From NCBI GenBank assembly GCA_030265395.1, contig JARFYF010000001.1, forward strand, positions 35,989,176 through 36,053,175: a stretch of DNA of 64,000 nt, in the 5' to 3' direction. Shown one piece after another: positions 36,331-49,000 of this stretch. A program made the position numbers and the translations under genes. This DNA comes from Rhina ancylostomus. Its lineage: Eukaryota. The notes under the pieces are model-generated. The model saw only the letters and a list, made by a program, of their open reading frames with translations. It did no database searches and was not told where the DNA came from. The stretch's first letter is position 1, and each line of letters begins with the position of its first letter.

Positions 36331-38559
36331 TGTTACAATCTTGCTAGGGTGGCCCCTCATTGTTACATATGCCTGCTGCTGATCCTGGGATTCCCTTCTG
36401 AACTGGCTGTTGTTCTTTGGAGAGTCACTGCGTTGATATTAGTTTGTGTCTGGAATATTCAATTTTTCATAATTTACAAGAACTAAATATCCTTGTCTTC
36501 CTTGTTTGGATCCAATGGGCAGCATGGGTAATTAAAATAAAACTGGACTCTATCCACTTTGAGCCTGTCTCATAGTGAAACAATAGGGTCAAATATTTCT
36601 CCAGTTAATCCCCATAATTATGGTTTCACTTGCAACATTAATAATATAATTGTATCATCAAATAATATAAACAGAAGCAGAGACAGCTGGTACACCACTG
36701 CTGAGAATGCTTTTGAAAGGTGAGTTACCCTTTAATGGCTCTTAAAGTTTTCCTATACTGTTGTGATATAACTACAAGTTGATTAGGCAAAAGCATTGTT
36801 GTTGTGCTGGGCCAGTAACATGTTTATGGAAAGCTCAGTCTTGACTGGGTCACAAAGTACCACGACAGAAAATGGCTTAGTGAGCAAATGGGGGGAAAAA
36901 AGACATTTTTCTACAAAAGTACAACATAATCATTCAACATCAGCATGTTGTCACATTAGGAATTTAAAATTGTCTTTACCGTGCACTGTGAGCAACACCA
37001 CTCACAAAACATTAAATTAGTAACTATAAGGGCCTGGCACAAGGAAAAAGAAAAACACTGGACATCCTGGTCCTGGTTTTCTTCTTCCTGTCCAACTGTT
37101 CAAAGTCAGAGAAGCTGCTCTTTAATTAAAATAAGTATGACCTGATTTTTAAAACATAATGATCATAAATATTAGTTCTTTTGAATGGAATCCAAAAAAC
37201 TGACTGAGATTGAACATTGTTACACATTCAGGCTCTGACAAACTCCCTCAAAATGGGTCACCACCAATGGATATTAGTTACCTATTTTTCACAAAAATTG
37301 GATATCCCTTAGGAATACTATTTCCTCTATCATTAACTAACCTTTTTAATGAAATAACTATATTGGCAACTTGTTCACTTGTATTATTGACATCCTTCAG
37401 TTGGTCTGGTATTGAGTGACATAGCTACTGCCAAAATGGAATTAATTTTGTCTGGAATAGTCCTTGCGCAGATTAAAAAAATCACCTAACTCTTGCCCTG
37501 AAGCAAGCTATTTGATAATAAGTGGAAATCACCTACCTACTTCTAATGTTAGTATACTTAGATCCAGACTTAAATTCTACTGTTATCCACTCAAAGTATT
37601 AATTTATCTTCAACAGTCAGGTCACACCATTGCAACTGTATTCGAATAGCAAGGCCAAATGGGCAGCTAGTTCTGCAGCAAAGACATTCAGAATTACAGC
37701 AGGAATGTTGGTTGGTCCTATCGTCTTTGCTGTAACCAGCACTTAGAGCCATTTCTGGATATTTTATGAGGTGAACAAAAGTGGCCAAAGAATAGCTTCT
37801 ACTGCCAGGAATTTTAGGAAAAAACAAAGATGACTGATCCATTCAGCACTTCTGACTGATAATGACTATAAATGCTGCAGCCTGAAAAATACTTTGCTTA
37901 AGCCTCTGATTGCCTGTCCTTATATGTTCCAGTATAAACCAATATCAAACAAAGTTTGACATTGAGCTGCACTGGAAAATATTAGAACAGGCAACTAGAA
38001 GCTTGATTAAAGATTTTTCAGGAAGCATCGAAAAGGAACAGGAGGAGGAAGCAAAGCTAGAGAGGTTTATGGAAGTAATTTCAGGATCAGAGGTCAAGGC
38101 AGAAGGGAAAAGTACTATTGTGGTGAAAATCTGAAATAAAATAGAAAATGCTGGGATACTCAATAGCTTAGACANNNNNNNNNNNNNNNNNNNNNNNNNN
38201 NNATATTTCATTTCTGCTGAAGGGTCATTGATCTAAAATGTTAATCCTGGTTCTTATTCTGTCAATGCTCTACTGAGCATTTTGTATTTTCATTTCTCGG
38301 GAAGATGGGACCTTCTCAAGATAGAAGGACTGCATTTCAAGAAGTCTGAGACCAAAGTCCTTGCTGAGAATCTCACTAGCATGCTCAAGAAATTATTAAA
38401 CTAATTTGGCAGGAGCATAGGCACAAATGTGTATAATTACAGAGGAAGAAAGGNNNNNNNNNNNNNNNNNNTGACCAATACCACCAGTGTGAGAAATAAT
38501 AAAGCATTAGATGGGAAGAGATCAAGAGAAAGACAGACAGATCCAGAATGCATGCAAGA

Positions 38560-40145
38560 TAAGGATACCACAAAATTCATTTCTTCCTATCTTAACTCTG
38601 TTCTTGCTTCCTTGTCCAATCTCTTCCCAACTACATCTACATCTTTTCTGACAGTAAACTCCTCCCCACTACACTGTTATGTTAACAACCTCAATTTGCT
38701 GCCCCCAGCTGGCTCAGTTTCAGCAGGTGTCTATCCAATGTCCCCACACCACAGTCTTCCACCAGGACACCAAAGCCTCTTTGCTTCTTCCTTGAATAGA
38801 TTCAAAACCAGTCTGAATCCTCTACCACCCTTCACTGCCTGGGTGAACTCATTGTAGCACTGAACAATCTTTCCTACCACTCCATCTACTTCCTCCAAAA
38901 AAGTGATGTAGCTGTGGGAACCTGAGTCCAAGCTATAGCCATCTCTGTGATAGGTGGAACATCCCCCATTTCAGTGCCACTCAAGTCACACCCCTCCTCC
39001 CACTTCATCTCTCTTACTGGTGCACTGATGATTGTATCAGTTCTACTTCCTACTCTCCTTACCAAATTAGAAAGTTTCATTACCTTTGCTGCCAGTTTCT
39101 GCCCTACTCCTACCTTCATCTGGTGTATCTCTGACTCTTCCCTTCCTTGACTTCTTGATTTTTCAATTCAGAGGAAAATCTCATGACCAGCATCTTTTGC
39201 AAACCTACAGATTCCATTCTTTTTAAGCCCAGCACATCTGATCTGACAATACCATCTTCCATATTAGTACCTCCATTAGTTTTTCCTTTTTTCCCCTCCA
39301 GTGATGGGTTTCCCTCTACCTTAATTGACAAGGTCCTCAACCATGCCTATTCTATTTCTCACACTCCTGTTCTCGTCCCTCCTCTTTACTTTCAGAGCAA
39401 GGAAAATGTTTCCCACATCCTTGCCTTCCCTCTATCCACTACACATTCATAGGATTGTTGTCTTGGACTTCCAACACCTTCAGCATGACACATCTGTCAC
39501 AACCACCTTTTTCTTTGGAGCATTCCAAGAGGGTCATTCCCTCTGGAATGCTGAGGTCCACTCTTCCACTTCCACCTATACTTCCTCCCATAGCACCTTC
39601 TTATGTAACTGCAAGAGCCATAGATGCCCTTCCCAAAAACACCTTCCAGGTAAGACAATTTACTTGTATGTTTTTCAATTTAGTGTACTGTATTCAATGC
39701 TCAGAATCAACTCTTCTACATTGGGGAAACTAAATATCACCTGGGTAACAGCTTAGCATAATGTCTATGTCCATTCAAGCTTCCGAGTCGCCTGTAACTT
39801 CAATCCCCAACCTACTTCGACTTGGACCTCAATCTTCAGCCTCCCAGATTTTATCAACAATGCCCAACTGAAGCTTGAAGAATACCCAGCCTTCCAAGTA
39901 GTCTTCTGGCAATAATTTTCAGCAATTCTGGTCCTTTGTATTTCATAATTCCAGTCTATTTTTTTTACCCCTCTTTAATTCAGACTTTTCCTTCAGTTCT
40001 CTCCTTTTCTTCAAACGTTTCCCAGAATCGAGGAAGGACCATCGACCTGATCTGTTTCTCACTCCACAATGTTGTCTAACCCGGGGCATTCACAGCATTT
40101 GTTTTATCTCGGATATCCAGCAGCTGCAGCATTGTGCTTTTGATG
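38560..40145 (+). mobile_element. Decayed Penelope-like element
   Basis: ESFITFAASFCPT..FIWCISDSSLP, IFCKPTDS, GFPSTLIDKVL, FQVRQFTC..NLVYCIQCS, KLEEY, and a terminal repeat at 40025-40140. Confidence 0.8.
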
Positions 40146-40716
40146 TTCCCCTCATCGTTTCCCTCGGCAGAGAACTTCTAAGCGGTGTTAACAATTACAA
40201 CTTAGTAAATGGGAGCGGAAGAGGCCATTCCGGCACTCGACCAAGTGGCAAAACAGTAATTTTAGTTAATTTTCCAAATGCACTTTATGCAACCATAAAC
40301 CGTAAAAACTGACGAGAGAGCAGTTTGCAAGGATGATCTGAGACATACGTTGCCCGTTGTGTTTCCGATCACATGAATGGGTCCCGTCCCTCCCCTCCCC
40401 GCCCCGCAGCTGCTGANNNNNNNNNNNNNNNNNNNNNNNNNNNNNNNNNNNNNNNNNNNNNNNNNNNNNNNNNNNNNNNNNNNNNNNNNNNNNNNNNNNN
40501 NNNNNNNNNNNNNNNNGTTGAAGAGCGCCCTTCACTAGGCCTCAGCAAGTCACCCGGGACCCGACAGCAGTTAAAGGGCAGCGCTCTCCCCTTCCCCACC
40601 CCCAACCCCCGGCAGTGGGGCTGGCCCCAGACCTGGGAGCCCGGGTGCCCGCTCCCTTGGGCCCGGCTCCTCGACACTTTCGGGCCCTAACCGGTCACGG
40701 TCGCCGCCAGACTCAC

Positions 40717-40785
40717 CAACATGAGAGGCCCGGGTCCCGGCGGAGCTGCGGCGTCGGACCCGCTGGCGCTGCTGATTTTTGCCGG
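40717..40785 (-). other. TANK: TANK first (mostly untranslated) exon; 5' end approximate
   Basis: Strong donor TTG|gtgagt at 40716-40711 inside the only CpG island, just downstream of CCAAT/kB/ETS motifs. TSS cannot be determined from sequence. Confidence 0.75.
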
Positions 40786-40827
40786 CGCCGCTCATTGGCT
40801 GCTCGCTGACGGCCGGGAGAAGAGTTC

Positions 40828-40851
40828 GGAAGTCCCCAGTGGGGAATCCCC
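40828..40851. promoter_or_regulatory. Tandem NF-kB (kB) sites
   Basis: GGGGACTTCC on the minus strand (40837-40828) and near-palindromic GGGGAATCCCC (40841-40851); both fit GGGRNNYYCC and lie 3 bp apart. Confidence 0.8.
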
Positions 40852-41320
40852 GGCTTCTGAACTCGCTGACTTCCGCCTTGCTGCTTTCAGCCGCCCGAGA
40901 GAAGGAAGCTGGGCCGCACCCTCCGTCCCACCGCTTAACGGGGCCATTCCCCAGCTGACCAGCAACACAGGTTCCATGAGCCGAGAAGCAGGTGCACAAC
41001 TTGAGTTTTCTCTTACTGGACCATTGAAGTGGCAGGGGTTGATTGCTCCAGGGCAACTGATAAAAATGATCAACACGTTTCCTATTTTAGGACATCCATT
41101 AATATAAGATGATCCAGTCAATGAGAAAGATACCAAAATCCCAACGTTCCTCCAAAGCAAAAGGATATCTTCCCAATTACATGGCACTAAGTTACCTACA
41201 AGTCATTTTAGATCGTTTGTATTGGTTTAGTATTGTCATATGTATTGAGAGACAGTGAAAAGCTTTTGTTTTGCATGCCATCCAGGCATATCATGCCATA
41301 CATAATTACATCAAGGTAGT

Positions 41321-41569
41321 TGAAAAACACGATGATGCTGGAGAAAACTCAGCAGGCCAGGCAGCATCTGTGGAGAAAAGCAGGTGGTCAACGTTTTGGG
41401 TCAGGACCCTTCTTTGAAGAATCCACTTTGAAGAAGTTTTCTTCTTCTATCCTGACCCGAAACATTGACCGCCTGCTTTTCTCCACAGATGCTGCCTGGC
41501 CTGCTGAGTTTTCTCCAGCATCATCGTGTTTTTCATCTAGATTCCAGCATCTGCAGTCCTTCGCTTCTC
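41321..41569. mobile_element. Young Penelope-derived fold-back element with 14-bp TSD
   Basis: ~86-bp near-perfect inverted arms (41321-41406 and 41450-41535); exact direct repeat tacatcaaggtagt at 41307-41320 and 41570-41583. Confidence 0.9.
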
Positions 41570-41714
41570 TACATCAAGGTAGTAAACAGAATATAGTGTT
41601 GCAGTTACAAGTAAAGTGCAGTGCAGATGGACAAATAACATGCAAGGGCCATGACAAGGTAGACTGAGGGATCAAGAGTTCATTTTTTAGTGTATGAGAA
41701 GTCTGTAAAAGACA

Positions 41715-42412
41715 GAACCAGATTTATTATCACTGATATATAACATGAAATTTGTTGTTTTATGGCAGCAGTACAGTGCAAAGACATAAAAAGTTATTTT
41801 TTGAGAAATAAATAGTGCAAAAAAAAAGGAACATTGAGGTAGTGTTCAGGAATCTGATGGAAGCTGTCCTTGAGTCTTGTGGTTCATGCTTTCAGGCTTT
41901 TGCATCTTCTGCCCAGAAGGAGAGGGAAGAAGAGAGAATGACTGGGGTGGGTGGGCTCCTTGATTATGTTAGCTGCTTTCTTGAAGCAGTGGGAAGTATA
42001 GAGGGGAGGTTGGTTTGCATGATGGACTGACCTGAATTCACAATTCTCTGCAATTTTCTTGCTATCTTGGGCAAGAAATTTGGTGTCCATTGGGTACAAA
42101 AAACATCAAGCAGACGAGAAGGCAGCATCCATCACTAAGCACCCTCACCATCCGGGACATGCACTTTTCTCGTTAAAAAACGGGGAGGAGGTACAGCAGC
42201 CTGCAGACCCACACTCAACAATTCAGCTTCTTCCCCTCCGCCATCAGATTTCTGTACAGTCCATGAACACTACCTCGTTATTCCTTTTTTTTGCACTATT
42301 TATTTATTTTTGATAGTAATTTTATGCCTTCACACTATACTGCTGTCACAAAACAACAGATTTCATAACATTTAAATCAGTCAGTGATAATAAACCTGAT
42401 TCTGATTCTGAG
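41715..42412. mobile_element. Cluster of Rex1-like LINE 3' ends in opposite orientations
   Basis: Minus: CFKKAANIIKEPTHPSHSLF..GRR; plus: KAASITKHPHHPGHALFS with AATAAA(CTGATT)n tail ending ~42411. Confidence 0.8.
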
Positions 42413-42639
42413 TAAACCTCTGAAAATGAAAAAAAACAAAACTGCAGATGCTGGTAATCTGAAATAACCACAGGAAATGCTGGAAATACTCAGCAGTTCA
42501 GGCTGCATCTGTGGGAAAAGAAATAGAGCTAATGTTTCAGATTGAAGATTCAATAGACAACTCGCCTTGTTCCCCCACTTATGGTCAAAACAACGGAAGC
42601 AAAGAGGCAAACATCCTCAATGATTTGTTGCTTCAACAC

Positions 42640-43250
42640 AAACTTATTTGTGAACTTTATAATGAAGGTCATGACCATGTTAAGAGGAATATTGAGAGCA
42701 TCGGAGAAACACACAAAGAAGAAAAAAGAGCTTGTTCACTGCAGCAGCCAATGCAGGTATCTCTCAAACTGGAGAAAGAACATTTGGGATGGCATTGAGA
42801 AAACAAAAATAGGAATAAGTGAAGTCAGCAAGGACTTATGAAAGTGAAATCATTTTTGACAACTCTTTTGGTATTTTTTGAGCTCGTAATCCATAGAATA
42901 ATGGTGAACAAATTGATGTGGTGTATTTGGCTTTCAGAAGGCTTTCAATGAAGTGCCACACAAGAGATAATTAAGTAAAATTAGAGTGTGTGGTACTGTG
43001 GGTGATATATGTGCATGATTAAAGATTGTTTATTACCAGAAAACAGTAGTATTAACTGTCATTTTCAGATTGGGAGGCTGGGACAAACAGGAGGGATGCT
43101 GCAAGGATTGGTGCTGAATCAAATTTTATATCCAAATTTTCTAATGATACAAAACTAGGTAGTAACGTGGGCTGTGTGGAGCAAGTAGGGAGAGGTTATA
43201 GACAGGTTAAGTGAATGGGCACCAACCTGGCAGATGGAATGTAATGTGTT
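42640..43250 (+). mobile_element. Decayed CR1 RT fragment
   Basis: DVVYLAFR.AFNEVPHKR, SKFSNDTKLG, W..TWQME remnants. Confidence 0.7.
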
Positions 43251-44089
43251 TTCTTTTGATTAAAAGGAGCAGCAAAAAACTTGACATAGACTGCTCCATT
43301 TGCACTGCAGGTACTTAAACTTTATCTGATAGCCTCTTCTAAATAATGTTATCAAATATTTTTCTGTAATTTTATGTGCAAATCCATAGACAAGCTCCTG
43401 TCCATGACACTGGCTGCCTCTTAAGAAAATTCTTTCAGATTTATCAGAATCTATTCCATTTATTGCAGTGGTAATCCCACACAAAACATTATTTTCAGCC
43501 AAAACCTGAGGAATAGGATGATAGCTCCCCATTATTGTTCCTTAATTTCAACTTAATTTCACTTTTTGACTAAAAATAAGGATTCTATGGCAGGATGGAA
43601 ATCTTACATTCTCTTACATTCATATTACATATAGTAATATTTTCCATATCACAGAAATTCATCACCATTTCATATTTGCTTCTCTCTGTATATACACTCT
43701 CTGTATTTGTACAAGGATAAGCTAGGGATGCATTAAGATCGCAGTATTTCACAGGCTTTGGATTATACTGATGGTATATGTAGGTTAGAGCATTAAAAAC
43801 CTAATAATTCTGACGTTAAAAACCTAATAATTTCTCGAACAATCCAGAAGCTTTCACCAAGGTGGACAGGAGTCCATAATATCAAACCAGAGTGTTAAGG
43901 ACTAAGTCGAGATTAACGATCTTGGACTTCAGTACCTCAGAAAAATAGTTCACCAATACCTTTTTAGGGCAATTAGGAATAAATGCTAGATTAGTCACTG
44001 ATGCCCACATCTCAATAAATGAATTAATAAAAGTTCATTTGTATGTCTGGTGTCATGTATGGGCCTGACCAGGAAAGGACAGCAGATTT

Positions 44090-44250
44090 GATAAGATAAG
44101 ATATCTTTATTAGTCACATGTACATTGAAACACACAGTGAAATGTATCTTTTTTGCATAGAGTGTCACCACGCTTCCGGCGCCAACATAGCATGCCCCCA
44201 ACTTCCTAATCCATACATCTTTGGAATGTGGGAGGAAACTAGAGCACCCA
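44090..44250 (-). mobile_element. V-SINE-like SINE, partial
   Basis: (gataa)n tail, tttattagtcacatgtac, tctttggaatgtgggaggaaact.gagcaccc; an internally deleted sister copy lies at 49328-49452. Confidence 0.7.
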
Positions 44251-45056
44251 GACCGACACAGATTCCTTCCCTTAAGGACATAAATGAACCAATTTTTATT
44301 TTTTCTAGCAATCTGATAATTTCATGGGTTACCATTATGGATACTAGTTTATTTTATTCAAAATGTTATTTAATTAAGTCAATTTAATTTCCTGGCCACC
44401 GTGATGGTATTTGAACTAATTCCTCTGGATAATTAGTACAGGCCACTGTATCATTACTCCAATATAATCACCATGTTACAGAACCCCATATTGAAGTGAA
44501 ATATGATAGGAAATAGACTTGAGAAAGCAGAGTGAGAGAATTGAGGTGATATAAATATCAGGATGCCTATGACTTTTTCACTATACTCACCCTTCCTTCA
44601 CAGTCTAGGACATTGAACCGCTTTTGGCATCAAACCACAAACATAACAATACACTCCTGCTGGTGACCTCATTGGCGACCTCCAGTGAATTCTTCTTTGT
44701 TTCATCAACAAGCTTCTTCCTCACAACAGTTAAAAAGACCCCTACAGCTACCAGCATGTCAGGAAATAAAAATTCAGCCCATATTTTGCCATGTGTGATC
44801 ACACATTTTTATTTTAGTCTCCACTCTTCTGATGTTATAGACAAGCTCCAGGATGCCACTGTGACTGATATCACTCGTTTTAGTTAACCCACTCATCTTC
44901 CACAACTTGAGATGTTTTCTACTCATAGAAACACTTACAGGCCTTTTAATGGCTTGCATTGAATCCAAACTCCCATTAAAATTCTCTGTGAAAATAGAAA
45001 TTTCAGATTATTTAACTTAACTCCAGCTTTTTACCATCCCTCTGTATTTAACTTGC

Positions 45057-46057
45057 TTATCTATCAAATAAAATCAATCATTTGAATAAAGAAAGAACAA
45101 ACGAACTGAAGGAAAAATCAATGCCCTGTACTGCTATTAAATCTAACTCCTTTGGAATTAAACATTTTTATTATCTAAAAGATCTCAAACATATTTCCTC
45201 AAAATCTAATCTTGTTCAGAAAACAAATACAATATTCATATGTTAATACCCTGAAAACTAAGGACATTTATACCTTATATGAACCAAGTTGTCCTCTTAT
45301 GGATCTTTTCACAGGACCTTAGTATTCTGTTGCATGTGTGAAGACCAAACAGAACACATTATACGAAATGGCCATTTAATAACATGTACATGTTGAGTGG
45401 CAAGAATTCTACTTCTGTTTTTACATGTAAGTATTCATTTTAATGTCTGCACATTTGAAACACAATTCATTCATCACAAACATTCCACGTTGTGTGGACT
45501 GCAGTTTGTAGATCTTTCTCCCAATAAACACCCTTGAGTAGAAAACCCTACAAGTATGTACATGCCCTTCCCAGTCTGCCTTAGACTCATTATCCAAAAC
45601 ATTCACTCTGTTTCTCTTTCTAAAGATATTGCTTGATGAGCTGAGACCTTCTAGTAGTTTCTGATTTTATAACAAGTTCACAAAGTTATGTAATGGTTGG
45701 TTAACAATCTACATTTTGGAACCATTTGTACAAGAATCGATAAGGGAAAATAAGGCTAAATAACTAGGATAAAACAGTAGCACATCATAGTTAAATGATC
45801 ATTTTGCTGACATTTGGACAATCAGAATTATAAAACTCAATTCAAGCTTATTTCAGAAAACACAAAAATCAATATTGCAAGTAGAGGCTTAAAACTGTCA
45901 TCCAGCTCCAGAGATTATATAAATCCAGCAGCAGCTCCTATCCTAACGTGATGAAAGAAACTGAAGTCTGAATTAATCTATAGTTATCTGTCAAATAAAA
46001 TCAATCCTTTGAACAAGGAAAGAACAATTGAACTGAAGGGAGATTCAATACCCCGTA
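45057..46057 (+). repeat. 74-bp diverged direct repeat pair (45057-45130 and 45984-46057)
   Basis: ttatct.tcaaataaaatcaatc.tttgaa.aa.gaaagaacaa..gaactgaagg is present in both copies. Confidence 0.85.
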
Positions 46058-49000
46058 ATTAAATTTAATACACAATAATTTTATTGATTTGAGAAAGGAA
46101 GTGCAAATTAAAATTAAAATATATCAAACCTGTCAACAGAAACTATAGCATAACTACAAGTAATAATGCAATGTGCTAAGTACCTTTCTTCATTATCTTG
46201 AGTTCCCTCATTTCATTACTTAAAAATATGATTTAAACACCTGAGAAAAAGAGCAACATATTTGGCTGCAGGTAATAAGTATTTTTGACAAAGTTTCATA
46301 TGAATTTGTGGATTTTTAATTAAATATGTTATTGTTGATATGCAAGAGTCTGTTGACCAAGGTTTCTGCTCTCTCTATTCTTTATCGGTATTCCTCCCAC
46401 TGAAGCAGTTTCTCTGCCTTTGTTCCATGTTCTACCAACACATCCCCTGTCCCCTTCTTACACTGCCTGCCAATTTCCTTGCAAACCCTTTCATCCCGCC
46501 TATTACTATTGTTAAATATATTGGGAAAAAAAGTGTCAGTCTATTTCTCTCTCTATACAATTAGCAGGTCACTTCAAACTGAGTTAATTTGAACAATTTT
46601 CTTCAAATTGCCATGACCTGATTCTTTAACAATTTTATCAGTCTGGAGAATTTAACATGGCTTATTTCCAACCCCTGAACAATTATTGAATCATGATTGG
46701 ACCTACATTTGCTGAAAACACTCAGCAAGCCAGGCAGTATCTGTGGAAAGAGAAATAATTAATGCTTCATGTCCAAGGCTCTTCATTAACAGTTAATTGA
46801 AACAGCAACTATATCTCCTTCCACATATGCTGTCCAATCTACTGAGTGTTTCCAGCATTTAACTTATTTCATATTTTCAGTATCTGGAGTTTTTTGATTT
46901 TCATTGATTGCACTTGTGCCATCTCATAAAAATAAGGATTATTGCACCATTAGTTTATTACTGCCATTTTGATTGAATTCCATAATGGATTCCACTGGCT
47001 GAAGTCACGATCAGATATATACCAAGGGAAGAGGACAATAAGGGTGAGGAAGGTGGAAGGAGGAGTTGGGGAAGGGAACAAAACAAATGGTGAAGACAGA
47101 AGGGTAGAGAAGGTTAAGGAGGAGAGAATGGTTGATGATGGGATCAGGGAGAGAATTATGGAATTTTGAGCCAGTATGGCTCAAGAGCAAGGAATCGATA
47201 TTAGTGGGAGGAACTGCTACCTCTTTTGGGTCTGTGTTGGCAGTGAGACAGGGCATAACCTTGGATTTGTAATGNNNNNNNNNNNNNNNNNNNNNNNNNN
47301 NNNNNNNNNNNNNNNNNNNNNNNNNNNNNNNNNNNNNNNNNNNNNNNNNNNNNNNCAACTTAGTCTCATCCCATATATTTGTGGGGAGGACTTATCAGGA
47401 TCTCTTGGACTGGATGTATATTTTTAAACTCTAATCCCAGTGCCTTTTTTGATGCTGTGTGGTTGTCCAGTTTTATTCGTTATGGCTTATTGCAGAAGTT
47501 TGGTAAGACTGAATAGCTTTCTAAGCCATTTGGATGGCAGTTGAGAATCAACTTCATTGTTGTGGGGCAACACACACAAAATGCTGGAGGAACTCAGCAG
47601 GTCAGGCAGCATCTATGGAAGGAAATGAACAGTTAACGTTTCGGGCCAAGACCCTCTTGTGTCTTCATTGTTGTGGGTCTGGAGACACATACAGACCAGA
47701 CCAAGTAAAAAAGGCACATTTCTTAGCCAAAGGACATTGATTAACAAGATGGCCAGCACTAATACAAGCATTATATTCATGAATTAACTGAATTTAAATT
47801 TACGCTTACTGTGGTAGAATTTGAACACAAATCAGCAGATTATTAATTCAGGCATCTGGATTTTTTGTCTAATAGCATAGCCACTATGTTTACCATTTAT
47901 TTTTGACCTTGCTAATTTTTTTCACATGGTGCAATAAATATAACTTCTCCCTATATTCAAACATTGTTCACACAAGCAATAGCAACATTCCCGAAAGAAA
48001 AGTACTTACTCTTAAGAATGCAGTTGAAGACCTTTGGAAGAATTTCCTATCCTCCTGTTCAAATAAATGGTATCTCTAATGTATTTTCCTTTAATTCCAT
48101 TTGTTTTACATTTTATGAAATTGGCTTGTGCATTGATGTTGAATTTAAAGTAGATTTATTTGCCATTGTTTCTATTTTCAAATCAAGATACTTCCCTCTG
48201 ATTAAAATCATTCTCCGAACCATGCATAAATTTTCTCATAAAACAAATGTCATTACTCAATACAGGTGCACAGCTAGATAATTGCTCATTTTTTCTTAGT
48301 TAGCTACTTTCTTGCTTATGCATCTATATCATTCTATATTAGATCTATGTAATAACACTTTCTGATGCTGTCTGATTTGACCAATCACTGTTGGTTTACT
48401 GTATCACAAGCATGTCTTGTCAATTTTGTATCTAATTGTAACTATTCATATTGTGTCCCCACAACAGAATCAGCCTTAACAGTTATCAAGTGAAATGTGA
48501 AATATAGTTACAAATATGTGCTCAGGTTATTCATGTTGCTGTTTGGTTTATATAATGTAACATTTCACACTATATTTTTCTGGTAGATTGAAGGTAAACT
48601 CTTCCATCATCATCTCAACTTTTTTACTTTTTTCCATATATTTGGGAATAACCTTTATTTTATTTTCCACAGTAAATCATTGGAGGCTGAATTTGCTACG
48701 AAATCCCAGGATACATACGCAGGCATCAAATGCTGAATTAACTTACATCCATTTTTTCCATTACAGGTAGGACACCAACTTCATGCTGGACATTAAGTAT
48801 CAAGATTGCAGCCAACACAAACAGAGCTTTTCAGTGGTGGGTGCCTCAGCAGGGGACTAATACTACCAGCACTTAAAGATAACCTACAATACCAAAAGCC
48901 AGTCTCCTTCCATTAAAGTGGTGGTGAGTTACAGCAACAAAAGATGCTTGAAGTCATGTGAAACCTATTCTGATGTAGAAGAGAATGTCATAATGGAAGA

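Larger units (their letters stand above)
40517..40990 (-). promoter_or_regulatory. CpG-island promoter of TANK
   Basis: Only GC- and CpG-rich tract in a CpG-depleted window; CCAAT on minus strand at 40794-40798; ETS-type CGGAAGT at 40827-40833 and 40869-40875. Confidence 0.85.

Noticed and set aside
40571-41187. Overlapping 100-160 aa ORFs on both strands
   Set aside because: Expected from stop-codon scarcity in a GC-rich island; no recognisable domain.
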